From Eledone cirrhosa (taxonomy: Eukaryota): a stretch of 64,000 nucleotides of DNA. The notes beneath the pieces were generated by a model. The model was given only the letters and a program-made list of their open reading frames with translations, searched no databases and had not been told where the DNA came from. Positions 40,797 through 59,500 of the stretch are shown here, piece after piece. The DNA is taken from contig OZ024747.1 of NCBI GenBank assembly GCA_964016885.1, positions 54,498,001 through 54,562,000 of the forward strand, written 5' to 3'. Position numbers and translations under genes: made by a program. Within the stretch, counting starts at the first letter, position 1, and every line of letters starts with the position of its first letter.

Positions 40797-41472
40797 ATAT
40801 GCAAAAGTTTTATTTAAGATTGTTGGGTTACAACGAGTAAATATTTTATAACTGATATAAAAGCACTCGACAATTTCTGGAGTAGGTTTACGATATTAAA
40901 CAAATGGAAACTATATTTATAAAACCATATTTATTTCGTTATATATATTCATAAAAATTGATAATTATATATATATTCATAAAAATTGATAATTATATAT
41001 ATATTCATAAAAATTGATAATTATATATATATTCATAAAAATTGATAATTCAAATGGATGAGACATTATATTTGTTTAATATATTTTAAATATATCATCT
41101 TTCTTTCTTTTTCTCCTATACACTAATCTAACTGTATCCCTTCACTTAACCTCTCACATATACGATGATCATCTGTCAAAATGCAGCCTACTATATGTTT
41201 TTTTTTTTTTCACCATTAATGTATTTCTCTCTATCCTTGTCTCTCTATCTCGCTCCGTTGTTTTTCTTTACATACATCTCTTTTCTCTTTGCATACATCT
41301 CTTCATCCTCTTCTTTTTTATTTACATACATCTCTTCACCTTCTTCTTCTCATCTTCGTTTTCTTTCTATATAACTATCATAACAGTTTCACTACCAAAT
41401 CAACTTTTTTAAAAGGAAGTTGCATTCTCAAAAGGTATGTCACTAATTATTTATAAAACAGCTTATGTATTG

Positions 41473-41538
41473 TATTTTGTCTGAGGAAGGCATAACATAT
41501 TTTTAATATGATATCCCAGAAATATATATAACGAAATA
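41473..41538 (+). ncRNA. Type I hammerhead ribozyme, diverged family C subfamily
   Basis: tattttgt-CTGAGGA-aggcataacatatt-ttt-aatatgatatccca-GAAA-T-atat-A-TA-acgaaata. Truncated inverted partner at 40801-40950. Confidence 0.8.
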
Positions 41539-41579
41539 AATATGGTTTTATAAATATAGTTTCCATTTGTTTAATATCG

Positions 41580-41611
<32 letters not shown>

Positions 41612-42039
41612 TATATATATATAATCTACCGAACCTCATCAAAATAATTATGTGTTCATAGCGGTAAAACCTATTTTATACATGGAAGGAACCTGACAGT
41701 CACTGGTGCGGCTTACATCAGATTCCTAGATCCGTTCTTCAAAGATGGCCTCTCCTTACGCGAGCCTCCTTCTGGAGCCCGTCTTCTAAAATATGTCGCA
41801 TCAACGTCACATTATTGTATCAAGGGCGAACAATCAAATGCAGTACACATACACGAAAACTCATTAATATTAAACTATTTGTTATTTGCTCCCTCAACGT
41901 GGTTTATGTTGGCTGGACACCATGTTTTATTGAAATAAGGCTGACAGGAATGTACGTATATTTATACGATTATGTGTGTTTGCATTTGTATGTACGTGTG
42001 TGCGTATATATATGTATGTATGTGTTTATGTTTATATAT

Positions 42040-42946
<907 letters not shown>

Positions 42947-43295
42947 ATACATACATTAGTGTCACCAGTGTTTAAATAAAAAGGATGTCCACCCAACAAT
43001 AGGAAAATAAAGAAAAAAATATGAAAAGTATTTTTAAAGCAATACTAAAAAATATCGCAATAAAATAATGAAAAAATAACATGAATCATTATAACAAACA
43101 TGGTTGGACATGGAGAAAATGTCTCAAATTGCAAGATGGCAGATGATAACTGGCAGTGTGTCCATAAATGCTGTCCACGATGGACTGAAGCCACCAACGT
43201 TCCTAATAATAACCCACACCACCCCATACCCATGTATATATATATGTATATTATATATACGTATATATATGAAGTATATAGTTGCGTGTGTATAT

Positions 43296-43376
<81 letters not shown>

Positions 43377-43873
43377 CATACATACATATGTGTGTGTGCG
43401 CGTGTGAGTGTGTTTGCATGCGTATATGTATATATATGCACAAAACACATAGACACACATCACTTTACACATATAACATCGTCTGCCCAGTAACATGTCC
43501 GCCAGACGAATAATCAGGTCAGATATGATCGGCTGTTTATAGTGCCTATTCTGCTGCCCTCCCTTCCACGTTCCTTTTAATGTCCCTACCCTCTCCCTAC
43601 TCCCTGTCATCTTCTACTGTCTGCAATCACCTTACCACTTTGTTCCCCCTTTACCCTCTCTCTCTCCATTTTCATCCATCCCACTCATCCTGTCACACAG
43701 ATGAAATCTGCACGGACATTTTGTTTTAGTTGTTATTTTTGGCTTGAATCCTGTCCACTGCTATCTTGCCATTCATACAAACTTACACATATGCACGCAC
43801 ACATATACATACGCATATAAATAAACATATAAATAAATAAATGAATAAATATATATGTATATATATTTATTAC

Positions 43874-43948
<75 letters not shown>

Positions 43949-43988
43949 AATATATATAAATATATATGTACATATGTGTTATGTATAT

Positions 43989-44040
<52 letters not shown>

Positions 44041-44204
44041 AGTGTGTGTACATGTATATCTGCTTGTTTTTTTTTTTATTGAATTCAATTATTAACCCAC
44101 CATCATCTCCTTCAGTTTACATGGTACTTATCCATATTGTACAATACTAGACATTTCTTACCATTACCTGAACTAGTATTACGACCACCAGCACCAACTA
44201 TCTT

Positions 44205-45190
44205 AATAATTGTTTGTACTTTTGGCACACGGCCAGCAATTACCACATTTCATTACTGGTACTTTATGGTACGATCCTGTAAGGATGAAAAGCAAATCTA
44301 ATCTCGGCGGGATTTGAACTTAGAACGTAAAGGGCCATAACTCTATACTGCAAAGCATAGTGTCTGACGCTCTACCGATACTACCATGTACTGGGTACAT
44401 TTTATCATGAGACCAGCACTACCTCTTTAGTGTGTACTCGGTGCATTTTATTATAACGCCAGCACTATCACTTTATATTGTGTACTGGGTACATTTTATC
44501 ATGAGAGCAGCGCTACTACTTGATAATGTGTACTGGGTGTAACCACAAATAACTACTCAGAAATCACCGTAAGGATGAAAGGCAAAGTTAACCACGGCGA
44601 GATTTGAACTCAGAATGGCAAGGGCCGTAACTCTATACGCCAAAGCAGGGCGTCCGGCCCTCTACCAATACTGCCAATCCACCGCCCTATAATAATAATA
44701 ATTTTTTCTACTTTTTGGCACAAGGCCAGCAATTACCAGTGCATTACTGGTACTTTATTTTATTGATTCCGTAAGGATGAAAGGCAAAGTTAGCCTCGGC
44801 GGGATTTGAACTCAGGCTGTAAAGGGACATAACTATGCTAGAAAGCATGGCGTCCGCCCCTCTATCGATACTGCCAATCCAACAGAGAAGATATTAATAA
44901 TTGTTTCTACATTAGGCACAAGGCCAGCATATTACCCAGTGCATTACTGGTACTTTATTTTATAGACCCCGTAAGGATGAAAAGCAAAGTCAACCTCGGC
45001 GGGATTTGAACTCAGATCGTAAAGGGATGTAACTATGCTGGAAAGCATGGCGTCCGACTCTCTACCGATACTGCCAATCCACCGCAATGGTTTCTAATTT
45101 AAGGTCAAGGCCAAAAGCTGGAGTGTATTGTCGATAGTATAAATCCGGGTACTTTACTGGAATTTACAGTATCGATCCCAAAAGGATGAA
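44205..45190 (-). mobile_element. Cluster of head-to-tail tRNA-derived Meta-type SINEs (44205-44386, 44567-44688, 44690-44882, 44895-45085, diverged fragment to ~45190)
   Basis: Minus strand gcggtggattggcagtattggtagag (A box) ... gagttcaaatc (B box) ... ctttgcctttcatccttacgg, repeated. A ~46-bp x3 minisatellite lies at 44387-44540. Confidence 0.88.
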
Positions 45191-46615
45191 TATAAACTAT
45201 TTCAAGGAAAAATGAATTTGACATGTATATGTCTGCAGATTCCTTGAGAATCGAAGCGGGATAAATTAATTCTCTCAAATTAGTATCAGAATAAAATCAG
45301 AAATTTTGTGTAATTTAATTTATATGCTAGATTCTGATTCTCATGAGTAATAGGCAGAAACATTACTATACACACATACAGGCATACACACGCATGTATA
45401 CACACACACTCACACACACACATGCATATAAATATATATATATATATACCTTTGTCTTTGTTTAAATTTCGATGAAAGCCTAGCGTCCTAAACTTTGAGA
45501 CAACTTACTAACTTTTTAATAGCATTAAAGTAGTTGTTTTCTGGTACATTTTTCATGTTCTGACATACAAACGTACATTTATACATACATACATTTACAC
45601 ATACATGCATGTATACATATCTATATACTTACAATTATACGTATAAACATACATATCTACATAAATTCCTGCTTGCATGCATATATATGTGCATCTGTCC
45701 ATCCATACATATAAACTTTCATGCATACATATGTGTTTCCGTCTATCTATACACACACACACATACATGCATACACACATACATACATACGCACATACAT
45801 ACATACATACATACATACATACATACATACATACATACATACATACATACATACACACACACATACATACCTACATACATACATACATACATACATACAT
45901 ACATACATACATACATACATACTATCACCTCAAACAGTGTGACCATTACTGTCACTACCGCCAATACAGCAGTCACTTTATATATTTGCAGTCTCGCCAA
46001 AGATGGACGTTTGTTAAATGTATAATACACAAAACCACAACAAAAACAATGGAAACTTCTGCAGGAACTGTCGGTGACCTCTTTAAAATAGAAAAATAAT
46101 GGCATGGCATACGGATTAGTTTTGTTGTTGTTGGTGGTGGTGATGGTAGTGGTGGTGCGCATTATATAGATGTCGTTTGGGACGTGGGTGTTGTTCCCAG
46201 GGGTAGGAGTTTATTGACACGTTATGGTAGTAATATTGTTGTTGGTGCTGCTGTTGGCTTTATTGTTGTTGATGGTTGAGGTGGTGGTGTGAATTCTAAA
46301 AAAAAAGGAGGTGGTATGGAGTGATGTCGTTTGTCATTGGTGGAGATGAGTGCTAGCGAGTGTGACTGGGAATATTGTACGTTTTGTGACAGTAAAATTG
46401 TCCTAAAACGTACATGTATGTATATATGTATGTACGTAGGTAGGTTTGTAGGTAAGTATCTATGCATGTATGTATTTATTTATGCAAGTATGTATGAAAA
46501 TATGTATGCATGTCTGGATGATTGTGTGCAGAATTATGAAAATATGTATTTATGAATATTTTATATGTATGAATTTTTTATGCACGTAAGTGCATATATA
46601 TCACACACACACACA

Positions 46616-46653
<38 letters not shown>

Positions 46654-47559
46654 CACACACACACGCACACACACACACACTCACACACACACGCACACGC
46701 ACACACACACACACACAAATATATATATATATACTGTATATATGGGGTGGATGTGCATGTGTGTATGTGTGTGTGTAGCTAGATATATAGATAGACATGT
46801 TTGCATGCATGTGCCTGTGTCTATACGAATGTATGTATAAATGCATGCGTGAAATCACACATGCACATATTCGCATACGCATGCATGTGTGCGTGTTTAT
46901 CTCTGTGCGTATATTTGAGACTGCTGCATGAAATGGCCGGAGGCTTGGACAGCGGGGAGCGTGTGGGGTAAATGGTTTCTGCTTTTTAAGGGATATGGTG
47001 TTGGGAGTATGGACAGTGAGGAAATGTTTGAGGGGTGATGTATCGAGAACTCCCAGAGAGAAAGGACAGATCGTGCGTGTTTGTAAGGACAGTGCGTGTG
47101 GATGTGTGTGTGTGGAGGGTATATATGAAGTGTGTGTGCATGTAAAGGCAAACAGAATATGTGGGTTTATGAGGAGAGTGTGTGTGTATCTGTGTTGAGA
47201 ATATATGTGTATGTATGTATGTGTGTACTTGTGTAGAAATAGAGGAAATGTGCGTATTTTTTAACGTCAGAGAGTGCTTGTGTTTCTGAAGACAATGTTA
47301 AAACAATAACAACAGCAACAACAATAAAAGCCATAATAAATATCACACATAAGAATGTCAGGAAAAATCCTTAACAACCACAAAAAAAAAAGAAAAAGCA
47401 GCAGAACGAAAATTATATATTTGAGCCAAAATATCGTCAACGACAATAACAAAAAATCAACAACAACATCAATAAACACATCAACAACACGATCACGACC
47501 AACACCATCAAGAACAGCAGCATCACAACTAGCAAGGCTACCACCCTACACCAGTAACA

Positions 47560-50500
47560 TCAACAACACTACCACCAACAACACTACCACTAACAACACC
47601 ACCACCAACAACACTACCACCACCAACACGACCACCAACAACACTACCACCAACAAACATACCACCAACAACACTACCGCCAACAACACCACGACCAACA
47701 ACACTACCACCAACAACACTACCACCACCAACACCACCACCAACAACACTACCACCAACAACACTACCACCAACAACATTACCACCAACAACACCACCAC
47801 CAACAACACTACCACCAACAACACTACCACCACCAACAATACTACCACCAACAACACTACCACCAACAACACTACCACCAACAACATTACCACCAACAAC
47901 ACCACCACCACCAACATTACCACCAACAATACTACCACCAACAACACTACCACCAACAACACTACCACCAACAACACTACCACCAACAACACTACCACCA
48001 ACAACACCACCACCAACAACACTACCACCAACAACACCACCACCAACAACACTACCACCAACAACACTACCACCAACAATACTACCACCAACAACACTAC
48101 CACCAACAACACCACCACCAACAACACTACCACCAACAACACCACCACCAACAACACTACCACCAACAACACTACCACCAACAACACCACCACCGACAAC
48201 ACTACCACCAACAACACTACCACCAACAACACTACCACTAACAACACTACCACCAACAACACTACCACCAACAACACTACCACTAACAACACTAACACCA
48301 ACAACACTACCACCAACAACACCACCACCGACAACACTACCACCAACAACACTACCACCAACAACACTACCACCAACAACACTACCACCAACAACACTAC
48401 CACCAACAACACTACCACCAACAACACTACCACCAACAACACTACCACCAACAACACTACCACCAACAACACTACCACCAAAAACACTACCACCAACAAC
48501 ACTACCACCAACAACACTACCAGTAACAACACTAACACCAACAACACTACCACCAACAACACTACCACCAACAACACTACCACCAACAACACTACCACCA
48601 ACAACACCACCACCGACAACACTACCACCAACAACACTACCACCAAGAACACCACCACCAACAACACTAACACCATCAACACTACCACCAACAACACTAC
48701 CACCACCAACATTACCACCAACAACAATACCACCAACAACACTACCACCAAGAACACCACCACCAACAACACTACCACCAACAACACTACCACCAAGAAC
48801 ACCACCACCAACAACACTACCACCAACAACACTACCACCAAGAACACCACCACCAACAACACTACCACCAACAACACCACCACCAACAACACCACCACCA
48901 ACAATACTACCACCAGCAACACCACCACCAACAACACCACCACCAACAATACTACCACCAACAACACTACCACCAACAACACCACCACCAACAATACTAC
49001 CACCAACAACACTACCACCAACAACACTACCACCAACAACACTACCACTAACAACACTACCACCAACAACACTACCACCAACAACACTACCACCAACAAC
49101 TCTACCACCAACAACACTACCACCAACAACACCACCACCAACAACACTACCACCAACAACACTACCACCAACAACACTACCACTAACAACACTACCACCA
49201 ACAACACTACCACCACCAACACTACCACCAACAACACTACCACCAACAACACTACCACCAACAACACTACCACCAACAACACTACCAGTAACAACACTAC
49301 CACCAACAACACTACCACCAAACAACACTACCACCACCAACAACACTACCACCACCAACACTACCACCAACAACACTACCACCAACAACACTACCACCAC
49401 CAACAACACTACCAACAACAACACTACCACCACCAACACTACCACCAACAACACTACCAGTAACAACACTACCACCAACAACACTACCACCAAACAACAC
49501 TACCACCACCAACAACACTACCAACAACAACACTACCACCACCAACACTACCACCAACAACACTACCACCAACAACACTACCACCAACAACACTACCACC
49601 AACAACACTACCACCAAACAACACTACCACCACCAACAACACTACCAACAACAACACTACCACCAACAACACTACCACCACCAACAACATTACCACCAAC
49701 AACACCACCACTAACAACACTACCACCAACAACACTACCACCACCAACACTACCACCAACAACACCACCACCAACAACACTACCACCAACAACACTACCA
49801 CCACCAACAACATTACCACCAACAACACCACCACTAACAACACTACCACCAACAACACTACCACCAACAACACTACCACCACCAACAACACTACCACCAA
49901 CAACACTACCACCAACAACACCACCACCAACAACACTACCACTAACAACACTACCACCACCAACAACATTACCACCAACAACACCACCACTAACAACACT
50001 ACCACCAACAACACTACCACCAACAACACCACCACCAACAACACTACCACCAACAACACTACCACCACCAACAACATTACCACCAACAACACCACCACTA
50101 ACAACACTACCACCAACAACACTACCACCAACAACACTACCACCACCAACAACACTACCACCAACAACACTACCACCAAAAACACCACCACCAACAACAC
50201 TACCACCAACAACACTACCACCACCAACAACACTACCACCAACAACACTACCACCAACAACACCACCACCAACAACACTACCACTAACAACACTACCACC
50301 AACAACACTACCACCAACAACACCACCACCAACAACACTACCACCAACAACATCACCACCAAAAACACTACCACCAACAACACCACCACCAACAACACTA
50401 CCACCACCAACACCACCACCAACAACACTACCACCACCAACACCACCACCAACAACACTACCACCAACAACACCACCACCAACAACACTACCACCAACAA

Positions 50501-53500
50501 CACCACCACCAACAACACTACCACCAACAACACTACCACCACCAACAACATTACCACCAACAACACCACCACTAACAACACTACCACCAACAACACTACC
50601 ACCAACAACACTACCACCAACAACACCACCACCAACAACACTACCACCAACAACATCACCACCAAAAACACTACCACCAACAACACCACCACCAACAACA
50701 CTACCACCACCAACACCACCACCAACAACACTACCACCACCAACACCACCACCAACAACACTACCACCAACAACACCACCACCAACAACACTACCACCAC
50801 CAACACCACCACCAACAACACTACCACCACCAACACCACCACCAACAACACTACCACCAACAACACCACCACCAACAACACTACCACCACCAAAACCACC
50901 ACCAACAACACTACCACTAACAACACTACCACCAACAACACTACCACCAACAACACTACCACCAACAACACTACCACCACCAACACCACCACCAACAACA
51001 CTACCACCACCAACACTACCACCAACAACACTACCACCAACAACACTACCACCAACAACACTACCAGTAACAACACTACCACTAACAACACTACCACCAA
51101 CAACACTATCAGTAACAACACTACCACCAACAACACTACCACCAACAACACTAACACCATCAACACTACCACCAACAACACTACCACCAACAACACTACC
51201 ACTAACAACACTACCACCAACAACACTACCACCAACAACACTACCACCAACAACACTACCACCAACAACACTAACACCATCAACACTACCACCAACAACA
51301 CTACCACCAACAACACTACCACTAACAACACTACCACCAACAACACTACCACCAACAACACTACCACCAACAACACTACCACCAACAACACCACCACCAA
51401 CAACACTACCACCAACAACACTACCACCAACAACACTACCACTAACAACACTACCACCAACAACACTACCACCAACAACACTACCACCAACAACACTACC
51501 ACCAACAACACCACCACCAACAACACTACCACAAACAACACTACCACCAACAACACTACCACTAACAACACTACCACCAACAACACTACCACCAACAACA
51601 CTAACACCATCAACACTACCACCAACAACACTACCACCAACAACACTACCACTAACAACACTACCACCAACAACACTACCACCAACAACACTACCACCAA
51701 CAACACTACCAGTAACAACACTACCACTAACAACACTACCACCAACAACACTACCACCACCAACACTACCACCAACAACACTACCACCAACAACACTATC
51801 AGTAACAACACTACCACCAACAACACTACCACCAACAACACCACCACCAACAACACTACCACCAACAACACTACCACCAACAACACTACCACCAACAACA
51901 CTACCACCACCAACACTACCACCAACAACACCACCACCAACAACACTACCACCAACAACACTACCACCAACAACACTACCACCAACAACAACAATAACAT
52001 CAACAACAACAATAACATCAACAAAAACAATAACATCAACAACAACACCAACACCAACAATAACACCAACAACAACAATAACACCAACACCAACAATAAC
52101 ACCAACAACAACAATAACACCAACACCAACAATAACACCAACAACAACAATAACACCAACAACAACAATAACACCAACAATAACACCAACAACAACAACA
52201 CTACCACCAACAACACTACCAGTAACAACACTACCACCAACAACACTACCACCAACAACACTACCATCACCAACACCACCACCAACAACACTACCACCAA
52301 CAACACCACCACCAACAACACTACCACCAACAACACTACCACCAACAACACTACCACCAACAACACTATCACCACCAACAATACCACCACCAACAACACC
52401 ACCACCAACAACACTACCACCAACAACACCACCACCAACAACACTACCACCAACAACACTACCACCAACAACACTACCACCAACAACACTATCACCACCA
52501 ACAATACCACCACCAACAACACTACCACCACCAACACTACCACCAACAACACTACCACCAACAACACTACCACCAACAACACTACCAGTAACAACACCAC
52601 CACCAACAACACTACCACTAACAACACTACCACCAACAACACTACCACCAACAACACCACCACCAACAACACTACCACCAACAACATCACCACCAAAAAC
52701 ACTACCACCAACAACACCACCACCAACAACACTACCACCACCAACACCACCACCAACAACACTACCACCACCAACACCACCACCAACAACACTACCACCA
52801 ACAACACCACCACCAACAACACTACCACCAACAACACCACCACCAACAACACTACCACCAACAACACTACCACCACCAACAACATTACCACCAACAACAC
52901 CACCACTAACAACACTACCACCAACAACACTACCACCAACAACACTACCACCAACAACACCACCACCAACAACACTACCACCAACAACATCACCACCAAA
53001 AACACTACCACCAACAACACCACCACCAACAACACTACCACCACCAACACCACCACCAACAACACTACCACCACCAACACCACCACCAACAACACTACCA
53101 CCAACAACACCACCACCAACAACACTACCACCACCAACACCACCACCAACAACACTACCACCACCAACACCACCACCAACAACACTACCACCAACAACAC
53201 CACCACCAACAACACTACCACCACCAAAACCACCACCAACAACACTACCACTAACAACACTACCACCAACAACACTACCACCAACAACACTACCACCAAC
53301 AACACTACCACCACCAACACCACCACCAACAACACTACCACCACCAACACTACCACCAACAACACTACCACCAACAACACTACCACCAACAACACTACCA
53401 GTAACAACACTACCACTAACAACACTACCACCAACAACACTATCAGTAACAACACTACCACCAACAACACTACCACCAACAACACTAACACCATCAACAC

Positions 53501-56500
53501 TACCACCAACAACACTACCACCAACAACACTACCACTAACAACACTACCACCAACAACACTACCACCAACAACACTACCACCAACAACACTACCACCAAC
53601 AACACTAACACCATCAACACTACCACCAACAACACTACCACCAACAACACTACCACTAACAACACTACCACCAACAACACTACCACCAACAACACTACCA
53701 CCAACAACACTACCACCAACAACACCACCACCAACAACACTACCACCAACAACACTACCACCAACAACACTACCACTAACAACACTACCACCAACAACAC
53801 TACCACCAACAACACTACCACCAACAACACTACCACCAACAACACCACCACCAACAACACTACCACCAACAACACTACCACCAACAACACTACCACTAAC
53901 AACACTACCACCAACAACACTACCACCAACAACACTAACACCATCAACACTACCACCAACAACACTACCACCAACAACACTACCACTAACAACACTACCA
54001 CCAACAACACTACCACCAACAACACTACCACCAACAACACTACCAGTAACAACACTACCACTAACAACACTACCACCACCAACACTACCACCAACAACAC
54101 CACCACCAACAACACTACCACCAACAACACTACCACCAACAACACTACCACCACCAACACTACCACCAACAACACTACCACCAACAACACTATCAGTAAC
54201 AACACTACCACCAACAACACTACCACCAACAACACCACCACCAACAACACTACCACCAACAACACTACCACCAACAACACTACCACCAACAACACTACCA
54301 CCACCAACACCACCACCAACAACACTACCACCACCAACACTACCACCAACAACACTACCACCAACAACACTACCACCAACAACACTACCAGTAACAACAC
54401 TACCACCAACAACACTACCACCAACAACACTACCATCACCAACACCACCACCAACAACACTACCACCAACAACACCACCACCAACAACACTACCACCAAC
54501 AACACTACCACCAACAACACTACCACCAACAACACTATCACCACCAACAATACCACCACCAACAACACCACCACCAACAACACTACCACCAACAACACCA
54601 CCACCAACAACACTACCACCAACAACACTACCACCAACAACACTACCACCAACAACACTATCACCACCAACAATACCACCACCAACAACACTACCACCAC
54701 CAACACTACCACCAACAACACTACCACCAACAACACTACCACCAACAACACTACCAGTAACAACACTACCACCAACAACACTACCACCAACAACACTACC
54801 ATCACCAACACCACCACCAACAACACTACCACCAACAACACCACCACCAACAACACTACCAACCAACAACACTACCACCAACAACACCACCACCAACAAC
54901 ACTACCACCAACAACACTATCACCAACAACACTACCACCAACAACACTACCACCAACAACACTACCACCAACAACACCACCACCAACAACACTACCACCA
55001 ACAACACCACCACCAACAACACTACCACCAACAACACTACCACCAACAACACTACCACCAACAACACCACCACCAACAACACTACCACCAACAACACTAC
55101 CACCAACAACACTACCACCAACAACACTACCACCAACAACACTACCACCAACAACACCACCACCAACAACACTACCACCAACAACACTACCACCAACAAC
55201 ACTACCACCAACAACACCACCACCAACAACACTACCACCAACAACACTACCACCAACAACACCACCACCAACAACACTACCACCAACAACACTACCACCA
55301 ACAACACCACCACCAACAACACTACCACCAACAACACTACCACCAACAACACCACCACCAACAACACTACCACCAACAACACCACCACCAACAACACTAC
55401 CACCAACAACACTACCACCAACAACACCACCACCAACAACACTACCACCAACAACACTACCACCAACAACACTATCACCACCAACAATACCACCACCAAC
55501 AACACCACCACCAACAACACTACCACCAACAACACCACCACCAACAACACTACCACCAACAACACTACCACCAACAACACTACCACCAACAACACTATCA
55601 CCACCAACAATACCACCACCAACAACACTACCACCACCAACACTACCACCAACAACACTACCACCAACAACACTACCACCAACAACACTACCAGTAACAA
55701 CACTACCACCAACAACACTACCACCAACAACACTACCATCACCAACACCACCACCAACAACACTACCACCAACAACACCACGACCAACAACACTACCACC
55801 AACAACACTACCACCACCAACAACACTACCACCAACAACACCACCACCAACAACACTACCACCAACAACACCACCACCAACAACACTACCACCAACAACA
55901 CCACCACCAACAACACTACCACCAACAACACCACCACCAACAACACTACCACCAACAACACTACCACCAACAACACTACCACCAACAACACTACCACCAA
56001 CAACACTATCACCACCAACAATACCACCACCAACAACACCACCACCAACAACACTACCACCAACAACACCACGACCAACAACACTACCACCAACAACACT
56101 ACCACCACCAACAACACTACCACCAACAACACCACCACCAACAACACTACCACCAACAACACCACCACCAACAACACTACCACCAACAACACCACCACCA
56201 ACAACACTACCACCAACAACACCACCACCAACAACACTACCACCAACAACACTACCACCAACAACACCACCACCAACAACACTACCACCAACAACACCAC
56301 CACCAACAACACTACCACCAACAACACTACCACCAACAACACTACCACCAACAACACTACCACCAACAACACTATCACCACCAACAATACCACCACCAAC
56401 AACACTACCACCACCAACACTACCACCAACAACACCACCACCAACAACACTACCACCAACAACACTACCACCAACAACACTACCACCAACAACACTATCA

Positions 56501-59500
56501 CCACCAACAACACCACCACCAACAACACTACCACCAACAACACCACCACCAACAACACTACCACCAACAACACTACCACCAACAACACTACCACCAACAA
56601 CACTACCACCAACAACACTATCACCACCAACAATACCACCACCAACAACACTACCACCACCAACACTACCACCAACAACACCACCACCAACAACACTACC
56701 ACCAACAACACTACCACCAACAACACTACCACCAACAACACTATCACCACCAACAATACCACCACCAACAACACTACCACCACCAACACTACCACCAACA
56801 ACACCACCACCAACAACACCACCACCAACAACACTACCACCAACAACACTACCACCAACAACACTACCACCAACAACACTACCACCAACAACACCACCAC
56901 CAACAACACTACCACCAACAACACCACCACCAACAACACTACCACCAACAACACTACCACCAACAACACCACCACCAACAACACTACCACCAACAACACC
57001 ACCACCAACAACACTACCACCAACAACACTACCACCAACAACACTACCACCAACAACACTACCACCAACAACACTATCACAACCAACAATACCACCACCA
57101 ACAACATTACCACCACAAACACTACCACCAACAACACTACCACCAACAACACTACCACCAATAACACTACCAGTAACAACACTACCACCAACAACACTAC
57201 CACCAACAACACTACCATCACCAACACCACCACCAACAACACTACCACCAACAACACCACGACCAACAACACTACCACCAACAACACTACCACCAACAAC
57301 ACCACCACCAACAACACTACCACCAACAACACTACCACCAACAACACCACCACCAACAACACTACCACCAACAACACTATCACCAACAACACTACCACCA
57401 ACAACACTACCACCAACAACACTACCACCAACAACACCACCACCAACAACACTACCACCAACAACACCACCACCAACAACACTACCACCAACAACACTAC
57501 CACCAACAACACTACCACCAACAACACTATCACCACCAACAATACCACCACCAACAACACTACCACCACCAACACTACCACCAACAACACTACCACCAAC
57601 AACACTACCACCACCAACACTACCACCAACAACACTACCACCAACAACACTACCACCAACAACACTACCAGTAACAACACTACCACCAACAACACTACCA
57701 CCAACAACACTACCATCACCAACACCACCACCAACAACACTACCACCAACAACACCACCACCAACAACACTACCACCAACAACACTACCACCAACAACAC
57801 CACCACCAACAACACTACCACCAACAACACTATCACCAACAACACTACCACCAACAACACTACCACCAACAACACTACCACCAACAACACCACCACCAAC
57901 AACACTACCACCAACAACACCACCACCAACAACACTACCACCAACAACACTACCACCAACAACACTACCACCAACAACACCACCACCAACAACACTACCA
58001 CCAACAACACTACCACCAACAACACTACCACCAACAACACTACCACCAACAACACTACCACCAACAACACCACCACCAACAACACTACCACCAACAACAC
58101 TACCACCAACAACACTACCACCAACAACACCACCACCAACAACACTACCACCAACAACACTACCACCAACAACACCACCACCAACAACACTACCACCAAA
58201 AACACTACCACCAACAACACCACCACCAACAACACTACCACCAACAACACTACCACCAACAACACCACCACCAACAACACTACCACCAACAACACCACCA
58301 CCAACAACACTACCACCAACAACACTACCACCAACAACACCACCACCAACAACACTACCACCAACAACACTACCACCAACAACACTATCACCACCAACAA
58401 TACCACCACCAACAACACCACCACCAACAACACTACCACCAACAACACCACCACCAACAACACTACCACCAACAACACTACCACCAACAACACTACCACC
58501 AACAACACTATCACCACCAACAATACCACCACCAACAACACTACCACCACCAACACTACCACCAACAACACTACCACCAACAACACTACCACCAACAACA
58601 CTACCAGTAACAACACTACCACCAACAAGACTACCACCAACAACACTACCATCACCAACACCACCACCAACAACACTACCACCACCAACAACACTACCAC
58701 CAACAACACCACCACCAACAACACTACCACCAACAACACCACCACCAACAACACTACCACCAACAACACCACCACCAACAACACTACCACCAACAACACC
58801 ACCACCAACAACACTACCACCAACAACACTACCACCAACAACACTACCACCAACAACACTACCACCAACAACACTATCACCACCAACAATACCACCACCA
58901 ACAACACCACCACCAACAACACTACCACCAACAACACCACGACCAACAACACTACCACCAACAACACTACCACCACCAACAACACTACCACCAACAACAC
59001 CACCACCAACAACACTACCACCAACAACACCACCACCAACAACACTACCACCAACAACACCACCACCAACAACACTACCACCAACAACACCACCACCAAC
59101 AACACTACCACCAACAACACTACCACCAACAACACCACCACCAACAACACTACCACCAACAACACCACCACCAACAACACTACCACCAACAACACTACCA
59201 CCAACAACACTACCACCAACAACACTACCACCAACAACACTATCACCACCAACAATACCACCACCAACAACACTACCACCACCAACACTACCACCAACAA
59301 CACCACCACCAACAACACTACCACCAACAACACTACCACCAACAACACTACCACCAACAACACTATCACCACCAACAACACCACCACCAACAACACTACC
59401 ACCAACAACACCACCACCAACAACACTACCACCAACAACACTACCACCAACAACACTACCACCAACAACACTACCACCAACAACACTATCACCACCAACA

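Noticed and set aside
44567-45085. tRNA genes
   Set aside because: A/B boxes are present but they are SINE heads followed by SINE body; no cloverleaf found.
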